A stretch of DNA of 25,573 nucleotides from an uncultured Methanosarcinales archaeon (GTDB lineage Archaea > Halobacteriota > Methanosarcinia > Methanosarcinales > Methanosarcinaceae): contig CAYRGB010000002.1 in NCBI GenBank assembly GCA_964423715.1, positions 1 to 25,573 on the forward strand, given 5' to 3'. A model generated the notes under the pieces. That model saw nothing but the letters and a program-made list of their open reading frames with translations, did no database searches and was not told the origin of the DNA. Position numbers and translations under genes: made by a program. Within the stretch, counting starts at the first letter, position 1. Every line of letters begins with the position of its first letter. Shown here piece after piece: positions 1-9,370 of this stretch.

Positions 1-1615
1 GGGGGATGGTCGCTGCGAATTCCACGATCGTGTGGTCAATGATGGGGACCCTGGCCTCTATGGAACTGGACATGGTGAGCTTGTCGGTCTCAAGCAGGAC
101 GTGGTCCACGAGGTATGATCTTGTGTCCGCATACATCATCTTTGCCAGGAAGTCGACATCGTCTGAGGATTTGGTCAGGGCATCTCCTCCACCCTCAGAC
201 CGAGTACTTTCACCACAGTATCCATTGTTTCGGAACAATATGTCGGTGGCCTTCTCAAAGGAATCGTGTCCGATCTGCTGTTTGAGTTCCTCCGTGTACA
301 GCTCTGCCTTGTTTTCCTCACTGAATACCGATTTTGCGAACAGGAATCCGTGTTCTTTAACCTCCTGTGTAGCACTTTGCAGTCCTACATAGAACTTGCT
401 TGGAAGATGGGGCGATAGACTGTTCACCAGTGGTCGGACCACGCCACGCCGCAGGGGACCGGGTACCCATCTGTGATATTGCTCATTCCCAAGTCCCACC
501 TTGTAACTGATATATCCTCCAAATATCTCATCGCCGCCCGCTCCGTTGAGCACTACAGTGACATGCTGGCTTGCCATTTTGGATAGCAGGAATATGGCAA
601 GGGCCGAGGGGTCGGCGATCGGTTCATCGTTATGCCATATGATATCTTTCAGATGTTGCTTGAAGGCACCCTGCTCCACCACGATCTCATGATGGTTGGT
701 CCCGAAATGCTCGGCGGCCACCTGCGCCTGACTCAATTCACCGATCTCCCCATGATCCCCGAATCCTACGGAGAATGTTTCGATGGGGTCATCCACCATC
801 TGACTCATAAGTCCTGTAATGATACCTGAATCAATTCCGCCTGAGAGGTACACGCCCAACGGTACATCGCTCATCAGGCGCATCCTGACCGAATCCTCCA
901 TTAGATGACGGAGTTGCTTCACATAGTACTCTTCAGATCTGGTTCCGGCACACTCCAGGGGTACATCCCAGTACTGTTTAATGGAGACCTGTCCCTGATG
1001 GTAGTTCATCACATGCCCCGGCAGTAGCTTCTTAATGCCTGCGAACATCGTTTCATCCGAGAGGGTGTGCCTGAACGTCAGATAATCGTGCAGTGCACTG
1101 GTATTCACAGCACGTTCCACTCCCTCGTACTGGAGCAGGGATTTGATCTCTGAAGCGAACAGGAGCTTTCCATCAATGACCGTATAATAGAGTGGCTTTA
1201 TACCAAGCCGATCCCGTGCCAATAGCAGTGTCCGTCTGTTTGAATCCCACAATGCGAAAGTGAACATCCCACGCAGGTGGTGTACCAGTTCAGCACCATA
1301 TTCCTCATAGAGGTGGGTCAGTACTTCCGTATCCGTGGATGTATAAAATCGATGTCCTCTTGTCTCCAGGTCACTGCGCAGGTTCCCATAGTTGTACACT
1401 TCCCCATTATATACTACCTGAATAGTCTCATCTTCATTGTGGATCGGCTGATGACCACCGTTCAGGTCGATGATACTTAATCTACGATGCCCAAGTCCGA
1501 TCCCATCATCAATGAATGTACCACTGTCATCGGGTCCCCGGTGTTCCATCACAGAGCACATGGTGTCCAGTAATGCCTGGTCCTCAAATCCGGCAGTTCC
1601 GCATATCCCGCACAA
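1..1615 (-). CDS. asnB: Asparagine synthase (glutamine-hydrolysing)-type class II amidotransferase, 3'-truncated by window edge
   Basis: Manual translation from TTG at 1615 (GGGGTGA RBS upstream): MCGICG...HRGPDD...LGHRRLSIIDL...QP...YNGEVYN...DTEV...ARDRLGIKPLYY...LSGGIDS...GAGGDE. Absent from the ORF track because no stop lies inside the window. Confidence 0.93.
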   Translation of the reverse strand, partial: MCGICGTAGFEDQALLDTMCSVMEHRGPDDSGTFIDDGIGLGHRRLSIIDLNGGHQPIHNEDETIQVVYNGEVYNYGNLRSDLETRGHRFYTSTDTEVLTHLYEEYGAELVHHLRGMFTFALWDSNRRTLLLARDRLGIKPLYYTVIDGKLLFASEIKSLLQYEGVERAVNTSALHDYLTFRHTLSDETMFAGIKKLLPGHVMNYHQGQVSIKQYWDVPLECAGTRSEEYYVKQLRHLMEDSVRMRLMSDVPLGVYLSGGIDSGIITGLMSQMVDDPIETFSVGFGDHGEIGELSQAQVAAEHFGTNHHEIVVEQGAFKQHLKDIIWHNDEPIADPSALAIFLLSKMASQHVTVVLNGAGGDEIFGGYISYKVGLGNEQYHRWVPGPLRRGVVRPLVNSLSPHLPSKFYVGLQSATQEVKEHGFLFAKSVFSEENKAELYTEELKQQIGHDSFEKATDILFRNNGYCGESTRSEGGGDALTKSSDDVDFLAKMMYADTRSYLVDHVLLETDKLTMSSSIEARVPIIDHTIVEFAATIP

Positions 1616-1746
1616 CTAGTCATTCACCCCATTATAACAACGATCATATTTTTATATGTACTGTTATTGACCTCTGAATCTCACAATACTTATATCATAT
1701 AATAATATAACTGAGTTCCATATTATTCTTATAACGATCTATCTGA
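1616..1746. promoter_or_regulatory. AT-rich divergent promoter region between asnB-like gene and aglB
   Basis: 131-bp AT-rich gap between divergent genes with TATA-like words (ttttatat, cttatat); exact boxes not resolved. Confidence 0.45.
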
Positions 1747-4239
1747 GTGGAGCACATGGTTGAAGAAGATAGTAATATTAACAATCTACGAGGAAGCATT
1801 CCGTATTTCGCAGGGGTCATGATCTCCTTTATGGCAGCCTTTTACATAAGGACCATCCCCAAAGCAGGAGTGTTCATCTCCGAGAACTTCGTGCGTTTTG
1901 GAGGAAACGATCCCTGGTACCATTTGCGTAATGTGGAATCGATCCTGCACAATTTTCCACACATGTTGTGGTTCGATGCACATACCCTGTACCCTTTTGG
2001 TAATGATCAGGTATTTGCCCCATTATTTGACATGTTCCTTGCTACCCTTATCTGGATCATCGGTCTTGGGAACCCCAGCCCAGAACTGACTCATACCATA
2101 TGTGCCTATTATCCTTGTTTTTTGGGTGCACTGGTGGTCATTCCAACATATTTCGCTGCCAAGTGGGTATTCGATGATCGCAGGGTGGGATTACTTGCAG
2201 CGATCCTTATTGCACTCGCTCCGGGACAGTTCCTGTCCCGTTCGCTCATAGGTTTCAATGACCATCACATTGCAGAGACTCTTCTCAGTACTGTCACAGC
2301 GATGTTCCTGATTATGGCGGTAAGGACCGCACGTGATCATGAGATCACATTTGAGAACTTACGCAATGGCAGATTCGATACGTTGAGACCGTCACTGTCC
2401 TACTTTATCCTTACAGGGGTCGCACTGGGGGCTTATACTCTGGCGTGGAAGGGTGCCCTGTTCTTCAGTTTGATCATTGGTATCTATATCACGGTCCAGC
2501 ATATCATCGATCACATGCATGGGCGCCCCACTGATTATCTGGCAGTTGGGGGTATGATCATCTTTGCCGTTGCATTGTTAATGGTATTAATGACACCACA
2601 TCTCGGGGGCACCAAAGCCATTAACATGGAGGGGTTGTTCGCTGGTATACTGGCATTCCCATTACTAACGGCCATCTCGATCCTGATGAGGCAAAAGGGT
2701 CTTAACAGGTATTACTATCCTGGCCTGACCGTCTTCCTGTCTATCGCAACGATCATCTTCGTAAAGCTCGTTTCCCCATCCGCATATGCTCTGATCACCA
2801 GTGTGTTCAGCTACTTTATGCGCACAGGCGGCGGTCTGACAATCGCCGAGGCCGCCCCACTGTTATCTATGGGGGGAGTCTTCTCCCTGCAGCCTATCTG
2901 GTATAATTTTGCTGCCGCTGGATATGTGTCCGTCGTCGCACTTATTATCCTTGCCTATACAGCAATTACAACAAAGAACACACCGGAAAAAACGTTCATG
3001 CTGGTCTGGTCGGTCATGATCATCTGGGCCATGATACAGCAGAACCGTTTCGCATATTATTACTCTGTTAACGCGGCCATTCTCAGTGCCTATCTGGGGA
3101 TCAGGGTCATGGACCTGGCAGGCTGGAGTGAACTGAGAGACAAATTATGGGGCATTACCGGAGTCTCTGAAGATCGACAGAAGGGTTTGAAGGACATCAA
3201 TGTATGGCATGTGGTGAGTGTCCTTGCCGTAATCCTGGTGCTGATATATCCTGCCTATGATCTCTCTACGAAACAGTTGCAGGGCGTGAGCGGCCCCAAT
3301 GGATATTGGTTGGATGCGACCCAGTGGCTGCGTTACAATACCCCTGATCCCGGATTGGACTATTACGAAAGCTACTCCATCCCGGCCACCGGGGAATACT
3401 ATCAATATCCTGATACTGCATACGGCGTGATGTCCTGGTGGGACTACGGTCACTGGATCGAAGTGATCGGCCACCGCATCCCCAATGCTAATCCGTTCCA
3501 GTCCGGTATTGGCGGCCGCAGAAATTCCATCGATGAACCAAATCAACCTGGAGCATCCACATTCTTCACCGCCCCTTCCGAGGCAGAGGCCACAGCTGTC
3601 CTGGAAGCCATTCACCCGGACCCTGACAAGACTGGTGCTCGCTATATAGTCTCCGACGTAGAGATGGCTACCGGCAAATTCTATGCCATGGCTGCCTGGA
3701 CCTTGGACACCAATGGTTACTATATACAGGTACAGACCGATCAGGGCATCCAGAATGTACCCGGGCAGCGGTATTACAATACAATGGAAGCAAGGCTCCA
3801 CATATTTGATGGCAATGGTCTTGAGCAGTACCGTCTGGTGCATGAGACACTGGCTGCAAACACAGCAGAAGCCGGTTACAAACAAGTGTACAATGTTCTC
3901 TTTGGGGGCAATATTGATATTGTGAACACCGGATATGTGAAGATATTTGAATACGTGGACGGTGCCACGATCACTGGTGAAGCACCCGCAGGTGATACCG
4001 TCACTATTACCAGCACCATACGCACGACTACCGGCCGTACCTTCGAGTATTTGCAGTCAACAATATCGGATGGAACCTTTGAGTTCATAGTCCCATACTC
4101 CACAGAAGGTCCGGTCGCAGATGAGACACAGTTCGATACCGCTCCGGTGGGCCCCTATACCCTCACCTATGGTGATGTGAGCAAAGAGGTGCAGGTATCC
4201 GAGCAGGACGTACTGGATGGCGGCGTGATCGAGGTTTGA
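1747..4239 (+). CDS. aglB: Archaeal oligosaccharyltransferase (STT3/AglB)
   Basis: 830 aa, multi-TM N-terminal half; GNDPWYH, DHH, IAE, QNRF, WWDYGHW and EMATGK motifs. Start GTG 1747, or ATG a few codons later. Confidence 0.96.
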   Translation: MEHMVEEDSNINNLRGSIPYFAGVMISFMAAFYIRTIPKAGVFISENFVRFGGNDPWYHLRNVESILHNFPHMLWFDAHTLYPFGNDQVFAPLFDMFLATLIWIIGLGNPSPELTHTICAYYPCFLGALVVIPTYFAAKWVFDDRRVGLLAAILIALAPGQFLSRSLIGFNDHHIAETLLSTVTAMFLIMAVRTARDHEITFENLRNGRFDTLRPSLSYFILTGVALGAYTLAWKGALFFSLIIGIYITVQHIIDHMHGRPTDYLAVGGMIIFAVALLMVLMTPHLGGTKAINMEGLFAGILAFPLLTAISILMRQKGLNRYYYPGLTVFLSIATIIFVKLVSPSAYALITSVFSYFMRTGGGLTIAEAAPLLSMGGVFSLQPIWYNFAAAGYVSVVALIILAYTAITTKNTPEKTFMLVWSVMIIWAMIQQNRFAYYYSVNAAILSAYLGIRVMDLAGWSELRDKLWGITGVSEDRQKGLKDINVWHVVSVLAVILVLIYPAYDLSTKQLQGVSGPNGYWLDATQWLRYNTPDPGLDYYESYSIPATGEYYQYPDTAYGVMSWWDYGHWIEVIGHRIPNANPFQSGIGGRRNSIDEPNQPGASTFFTAPSEAEATAVLEAIHPDPDKTGARYIVSDVEMATGKFYAMAAWTLDTNGYYIQVQTDQGIQNVPGQRYYNTMEARLHIFDGNGLEQYRLVHETLAANTAEAGYKQVYNVLFGGNIDIVNTGYVKIFEYVDGATITGEAPAGDTVTITSTIRTTTGRTFEYLQSTISDGTFEFIVPYSTEGPVADETQFDTAPVGPYTLTYGDVSKEVQVSEQDVLDGGVIEV

Positions 4240-4439
4240 TCGCCCATCACCATCATATTTCACTTCTGGAGTTCGTACAGGTTTCACATCTCGCCGTCAC
4301 TCGCTCACCACGGGCACTCTTAGTTGCTTTCTTTATTCTGCTAGAGCACGACTCTGGTTATAAGTCAGAATCTCCCATAACTCTTCGATTTTACGTGATA
4401 GCGAGACTGACGCGGGTTCATGAGGAGCAATTCTGGAGG

Positions 4440-4859
4440 TCATGCTGTAAGGTCTTTCAATATATGCAGAGCCACTGGCTGATAGTCCAGGTATCTTGCC
4501 CAAGTCCCCTCAACAAATGCCAGCCTCGCTGGCTCGTCGCGGCTGAACAGTACGTCTCCGCGTGTGACCTCATAGCAGAACCCTATGGGCGCACGGTTTA
4601 ACAGTTTTACATCGATCGGATATCGTACATCACGTTCCAGTTGGGATGATAGTCCCATCTCATATGCAAGGGGGTCCTCTGGCCAGAGTGCTTCAGTCAC
4701 ATAAACTCCCACATCAATGTCATGGAATCCTTGCTGATCCACAAAGCTCCCAAAAAGGTATGCAAATAGGATCTCTTCTCTTGATCGCACAAGTTCTTCC
4801 AGGGATGCGGCGACCTCCTGTCTTTTCACAGCATCAGCTTCAAATGTTCTCTCACGCAT
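4440..4859 (-). CDS. mntA: Minimal nucleotidyltransferase (MNT) antitoxin, MntA-like
   Basis: 139 aa, YLFGS...DIDVGV, DVKLLN motifs; start overlaps the hepT stop (ATGCGTGA). Confidence 0.88.
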   Translation of the reverse strand: MRERTFEADAVKRQEVAASLEELVRSREEILFAYLFGSFVDQQGFHDIDVGVYVTEALWPEDPLAYEMGLSSQLERDVRYPIDVKLLNRAPIGFCYEVTRGDVLFSRDEPARLAFVEGTWARYLDYQPVALHILKDLTA

Positions 4860-5280
4860 GCGTATCCAGGTACTCTGTGATCTCAGTTATATACTCTTCA
4901 AGGTCTTCAATGTCATGGCTGAGAATGTCATACACTTTCTCATCGTCAATTTCCCAGTAGATATGCACAAGCATGTTACGAAATCGTGCCATGTTCATTA
5001 GCCTCTCAGCAAGTTCGCCTGATATCACACCTGCATCATGCAGGAGCACGAAACAATCAGAATAACTCTCTGGGGCACGTCTTAGATGGCGTGCATTGAT
5101 GTGGTTACAAATGGAGATGGCTGCCTCGATCGCGGTGACCAGCCGATATCTGGCCGAATCGATGAGATTTGGATCGGCTAGGAACTCATTCCGTGAGCGC
5201 GAAACGTCCCTCTATCTCATCAGTGCCTGGTGGATCTCATCGATCTTTGTTCCGATCATAACCGGGTTGATGTGTGCCAT
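4852..5280 (-). pseudogene. hepT: HEPN (DUF86/HepT) RNase toxin, 142 codons, in-frame TAG at codon 23 (5212-5214); nonsense allele or pyrrolysine read-through
   Basis: Manual translation from ATG 5280 (GGAGG RBS): MAHINPVMIGTKIDEIHQALMR*RDVSRSRNEFLADPNLIDSARYRLVTAIEAAISICNHI...RFRNMLVHIY (RX4HXY)... One frame throughout; the ORF track shows only the last 65 aa. Confidence 0.85.
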
Positions 5281-5541
5281 GATTCTAGCCTCCACTTATA
5301 ATATCCAATGATTATAGAATTTCCTTACATAAGTAATACACTATTGGCCCTGTGGATGGGATGATGTAGGTATTCATGATCACGCTTCTGGAGCGCGTAA
5401 CGAGGTATCTTCCTCCGGTCGGTGTTCCTTCGAGAAAATACCTCATATCCTTCCCTTATGACATATGCGCCCATATAGATGAACGTAGTGTATGGTCACG
5501 ATTGGGTTTTCCGTTACTGTATGAGTTTAGTTGACAATGCC

Positions 5542-5557
5542 AAAAAGTGTTATATAG
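5542..5557 (+). promoter_or_regulatory. Putative BRE/TATA promoter of the cas operon
   Basis: aaaaagtg-ttatatag, about 30 nt upstream of the cas6 ATG at 5584. Confidence 0.55.
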
Positions 5558-5583
5558 TATCGAATTTTTATATTGTTACTGAA

Positions 5584-6372
5584 ATGATATCTACGGTTGT
5601 AAAGATCGAGATCTCTACGCAGGGGATGCTTGGAGATCGATTTATAGGAGGTATTTTTCGTGGCTGGTTGGGCTACGTGTTGAAATGCGATAGGAAACGT
5701 TCGTGTGCTGCATGTGATGAGAGTTCTAACTGTCCTTATTTTATGGTATTTAAAGAAAAGACCGGTGTACGCCCATATTCTACGTTGGCCTTTGTAGATA
5801 GGGACAGAGTATCTGGTTTCATACGTCTGTATGGGGATAAGAGGAGATTTGCACCGAAGATCCTGTCTGCTATAAAGATGAAGGAGAAAAAGACCCATTT
5901 TGGAGGTCTCAGATATACGATCGATTCCATCGAAGCGAAGAACCAGGATATTAAAACCGTTGAACTGGGCAGCAAGTTGAAAATTGTAACAACATCGCTG
6001 ATGCATCTCACGCGCAACAAGATATTTGAGGTTATTCCCACGTTCAATACGATATTGCGTTCATCCGTCCGGTCGTATAACAGGATCGCTAAGTATCATG
6101 ATGAGAAGAACTATCCATATCATGTGGACAATGAGATCATGAATGTCGATGCGGAGATTTTGGATTTTGACGTACATACAATTGACCATGTACACACAAC
6201 CATGAATCATAAAAGACTGATCCTTTCCGGCATTGACGGTTGGATCACATATGATACCAGTGATATGCCTGAAGAGGTCGGTAAGATCCTGGGAATGGGA
6301 GAGGCATTACAGATAGGTAAGCATACCGCCTATGGGTTTGGTGGATTTATTGCATTAAGTCAGGAGGAGTAA
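5584..6372 (+). CDS. cas6: CRISPR pre-crRNA processing endoribonuclease Cas6
   Basis: C-terminal G-rich loop GEALQIGKHTAYGFG; N-terminal Cys cluster CDRKRSCAACDESSNC. Start placed at ATG 5584 because the ORF-track extension runs through the promoter. Confidence 0.92.
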   Translation: MISTVVKIEISTQGMLGDRFIGGIFRGWLGYVLKCDRKRSCAACDESSNCPYFMVFKEKTGVRPYSTLAFVDRDRVSGFIRLYGDKRRFAPKILSAIKMKEKKTHFGGLRYTIDSIEAKNQDIKTVELGSKLKIVTTSLMHLTRNKIFEVIPTFNTILRSSVRSYNRIAKYHDEKNYPYHVDNEIMNVDAEILDFDVHTIDHVHTTMNHKRLILSGIDGWITYDTSDMPEEVGKILGMGEALQIGKHTAYGFGGFIALSQEE

Positions 6373-6374
6373 GA

Positions 6375-8636
6375 TTGAGTGGAAATATAGGGGTGGTAGA
6401 TTGGTTTACGAAGAGTATCAGGGATGAAGTCATATATCCTGACCAGAGTGATCGTCAGCTCAAAGTGCTTATAGAGGATATAATTCGTGTTTTTGACAGT
6501 TCATCAACGAGATTGAGCAAGATCGCCAACGAGTTATATGACACACTGGAGCATAACGAGTTGCTGAACAGTATTGCTTCAGATTCAAGGTTTCCCATTT
6601 GTTCCCTTTTCCATCATCTGAAGAATACATCCGGAATAGCGGTATGCCTGCTGATCCAGAAAATTGATATTGATCCGGGATATGGTAGTAAAAACCTGGG
6701 AAAGTATGGGATATCCTTAAAATATGAGGAAAAGGATCTGGTATCGTTGATCAGGATCGCTGCCTTATTGCATGATATCGGGAAACCCCGTTCATTTACC
6801 CAGACTAAGAAATACCAACCATATCACTATCATACAACACAGAGCAGGGAGATAATTGAGCATATATTGTCCAACACAACGTCTCCTCTCGTGGAAAAGT
6901 TTGAACTGGATAAGATATTGCCACTCCTTGCATCCAGGCATCACTCACGAGATGCGACCACACCCCTTGAAAACCTGTTGAGTCAGGCAGATACGGTGGC
7001 ATCTGCTGCAGATAGGGTGAACGAGATCAACAGTTTTCTGGATAACAATACACTCACCGTCAAGTGCAATGACCGAATATTCCCTCATGAGATCAACTTT
7101 GATGCCGGGGACATGAAATGCCAGGAAACACCACATACTGTGATACTCGGAAATGGAATTACAGAGATCAGGAATGTGGTACCGAAGGATGCCAATGCAA
7201 AATATGCTAGATTGTTCATTGACCATACATCACACGGAGGTCCTGTACATTATCTCGGAAACCCTGGGAAACTTCCCGGTAGTATCGGTATTCTGTCCAT
7301 GGACATGATGGGCATACAGGGATTCATTGGTGAAGCCGACAAACTTAAGATGCTGCGTGGTGGCAGTGCTATTGTGGATGATGCATTAAAATGTGCAAAG
7401 GACATCATATCCAGAGAGGTTTGCAGTGAAGCTGTCCTGTTCTGTGGAGGTGGAAATCTCCTTTCATTCATACCGAACACGGATCATTACAGATCAATAA
7501 TGAAAGAAATGATCAAGAAGAAGGTCCGCGAAGTGTCCAAGAACGGATTGCATGGAGCAGTTATAACATTCGAAGAAATGCTATCCGATGTCGCAGGTAA
7601 ATTCGATAGAACACTGGAACATTCTCAGGATAAACTTGATATTGAGAAGAACATTACTCGAGAGCGGCCAACGATACCGAATACAAAGGATGTGTGTGGG
7701 TATTGTTTCAAGAGACCGAAACCGTACAGCTCTGATATGTGTTCTGCATGTAAAGTAAAAAATGATCGGGGAGAACGTGGTAAGTCCAATATATTTATCC
7801 AAGATACTCATGGTGCCCAGCGGCCGAGTGAACTGGCACATCTGGGTGATTCCATTGCTGCTCTGGTCATTGATGGAAATATGATGGGAAGGATGTTCCA
7901 GCAGACAACTACCCCTGCTGAGTATACCTACAAAAGCCAGATATTTGAATCAAGGTTCAATGGCATTCTCAAAAGAACGATCGATGATTTCTGTAATGAA
8001 CCATCTAGCTTAGATCTGATACTACATCATCACAATGGTCAGGAATTCCTTGGGATCGATGTCCTCTATTCCGGTGGTGATGATGTCCTGATACTGATGA
8101 ATGCCAAAGGGGCGCTCCAGTTCACAGAGCAATTGGTGAACAATGTCGCAGAGGAATTTACCTTTAAGAGTAAGTTCCATGATGGTACAGTGTTTAAGAA
8201 CCCCGTCATCACAATCTCTGCAGGTATCGCAATTGCAAATAACAGGTTCCCTATATATTTCCTGCTCAATGCAGCACGTGAGATGGAATCAGATGCTAAG
8301 AAAGCCTTCAGGAATGATACAAAAACTGATGATTTTGATTTTATTAAATTACCAGAAGGAGCGATGTCGGTAACTGCTATAAGTTCTGCAATGCCGGGAA
8401 AGGACCATGTATCCTTTGTGATCAAACGTGATGCAGAGAGTAAACACGATCTCAAACAACTTAAGAAAATGATCAGCATTGCACTGGACAAAGAGAAGTC
8501 ACGTGCGCTGGTGTCCGATCTGATCACCTGTCCACCATCCGAACGTGAACGACTGGATCTCATAAAATATATGTATTCATCAATACAGCGCAAGAGCAGC
8601 GATATCGGTCTTGATGAATGTGAATGGATGGCATAA
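6375..8636 (+). CDS. cas10: Type III large subunit Cas10 (HD nuclease + Zn finger + Palm cyclase); probably shortened by 28 codons by a premature TAA (full length 6375..8720)
   Basis: SLFHH, LLHDIGK, RHH, ADTVAS HD motifs; Palm1 GGGN; CGYC..CSAC; DGNMMG; intact GGDD (8073-8084). The frame stays open after TAA 8634-8636 to TGA 8718-8720, which overlaps the next ATG. Confidence 0.93.
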   Translation: MSGNIGVVDWFTKSIRDEVIYPDQSDRQLKVLIEDIIRVFDSSSTRLSKIANELYDTLEHNELLNSIASDSRFPICSLFHHLKNTSGIAVCLLIQKIDIDPGYGSKNLGKYGISLKYEEKDLVSLIRIAALLHDIGKPRSFTQTKKYQPYHYHTTQSREIIEHILSNTTSPLVEKFELDKILPLLASRHHSRDATTPLENLLSQADTVASAADRVNEINSFLDNNTLTVKCNDRIFPHEINFDAGDMKCQETPHTVILGNGITEIRNVVPKDANAKYARLFIDHTSHGGPVHYLGNPGKLPGSIGILSMDMMGIQGFIGEADKLKMLRGGSAIVDDALKCAKDIISREVCSEAVLFCGGGNLLSFIPNTDHYRSIMKEMIKKKVREVSKNGLHGAVITFEEMLSDVAGKFDRTLEHSQDKLDIEKNITRERPTIPNTKDVCGYCFKRPKPYSSDMCSACKVKNDRGERGKSNIFIQDTHGAQRPSELAHLGDSIAALVIDGNMMGRMFQQTTTPAEYTYKSQIFESRFNGILKRTIDDFCNEPSSLDLILHHHNGQEFLGIDVLYSGGDDVLILMNAKGALQFTEQLVNNVAEEFTFKSKFHDGTVFKNPVITISAGIAIANNRFPIYFLLNAAREMESDAKKAFRNDTKTDDFDFIKLPEGAMSVTAISSAMPGKDHVSFVIKRDAESKHDLKQLKKMISIALDKEKSRALVSDLITCPPSERERLDLIKYMYSSIQRKSSDIGLDECEWMA

Positions 8637-8716
8637 GTCCTGCTGAATAAGAAACTGCTGACCGCATCTCGCATGATCATACCGCACCTATGGCATAATA
8701 GTGAGGAGGGGATGGT

Positions 8717-9370
8717 ATGAACATCTGGAGAATTACCCTTGTAGCAACCAGCGATTTCCACACGGCAGGTGACTCAAAGGGTTCGACTGTGGACTATCTG
8801 AGGGATGCCGGTGATGTACCGTATATTCCAGGAACCCATGTTAAGGGTGTGATGCGCAGTGAAGCGGAACGTATCCTGCGCAGTGTGGAGGATGTTAAAT
8901 GCTGGGTTACGGGTGATCCTGATCAGGAGAATGTGTCTGAAACGAACAAACGGAAGATCCTGACCTGTGAACAGATATCAGGTACCCGATGTGATGTATA
9001 CAGTATATTTGGGTCCATCAATGACGGGGATGGATATATCGAGGGCAAGATCCGGGTGACCGATTTTAATGCAGTCAGAAAAGTAGTATCTGCGTCCAGG
9101 ATGCACGTATCCATTGACAGGGATTACATGTCGAACAGGAGTGGAGGATTGTATCGTACACGAGTTGTGCCCCGTAACACCAGTTTCATGGGACATATTA
9201 TCACACGTGATCTGACAGAGAATGAAGAAAAACTGCTATGGGCCAGTCTTCATTCGATGTGCCACTATGGACTCGGTGGAGAGAGATCACGTGGTCTTGG
9301 AAGTTTTGATATTGGATCAATGGAACGGATTGATCATGGTGAGTTCCTGCAAGGAGGTATAGGACAATGA
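8717..9370 (+). CDS. csm3: Cas7-group RAMP (Csm3-like)
   Basis: PYIPGTHVKG, IFGS, SIDR, GLGGERSRGLG; Asp retained at the predicted catalytic position (STVDY). Confidence 0.85.
   Translation: MNIWRITLVATSDFHTAGDSKGSTVDYLRDAGDVPYIPGTHVKGVMRSEAERILRSVEDVKCWVTGDPDQENVSETNKRKILTCEQISGTRCDVYSIFGSINDGDGYIEGKIRVTDFNAVRKVVSASRMHVSIDRDYMSNRSGGLYRTRVVPRNTSFMGHIITRDLTENEEKLLWASLHSMCHYGLGGERSRGLGSFDIGSMERIDHGEFLQGGIGQ

Noticed and set aside
6-1480. Plus-strand ORFs 6..392, 632..829, 1277..1480 and minus 175..375
   Set aside because: Shadows of the asnB-like gene.
3145-3885. 246-aa minus-strand ORF
   Set aside because: Antisense shadow of aglB.
4236-4601. 121-aa ORF after aglB
   Set aside because: Overlaps mntA antisense, TTG start and no recognisable features.
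5479-5583. 35-codon N-terminal extension of cas6
   Set aside because: Runs through the BRE/TATA candidate and does not resemble Cas6.
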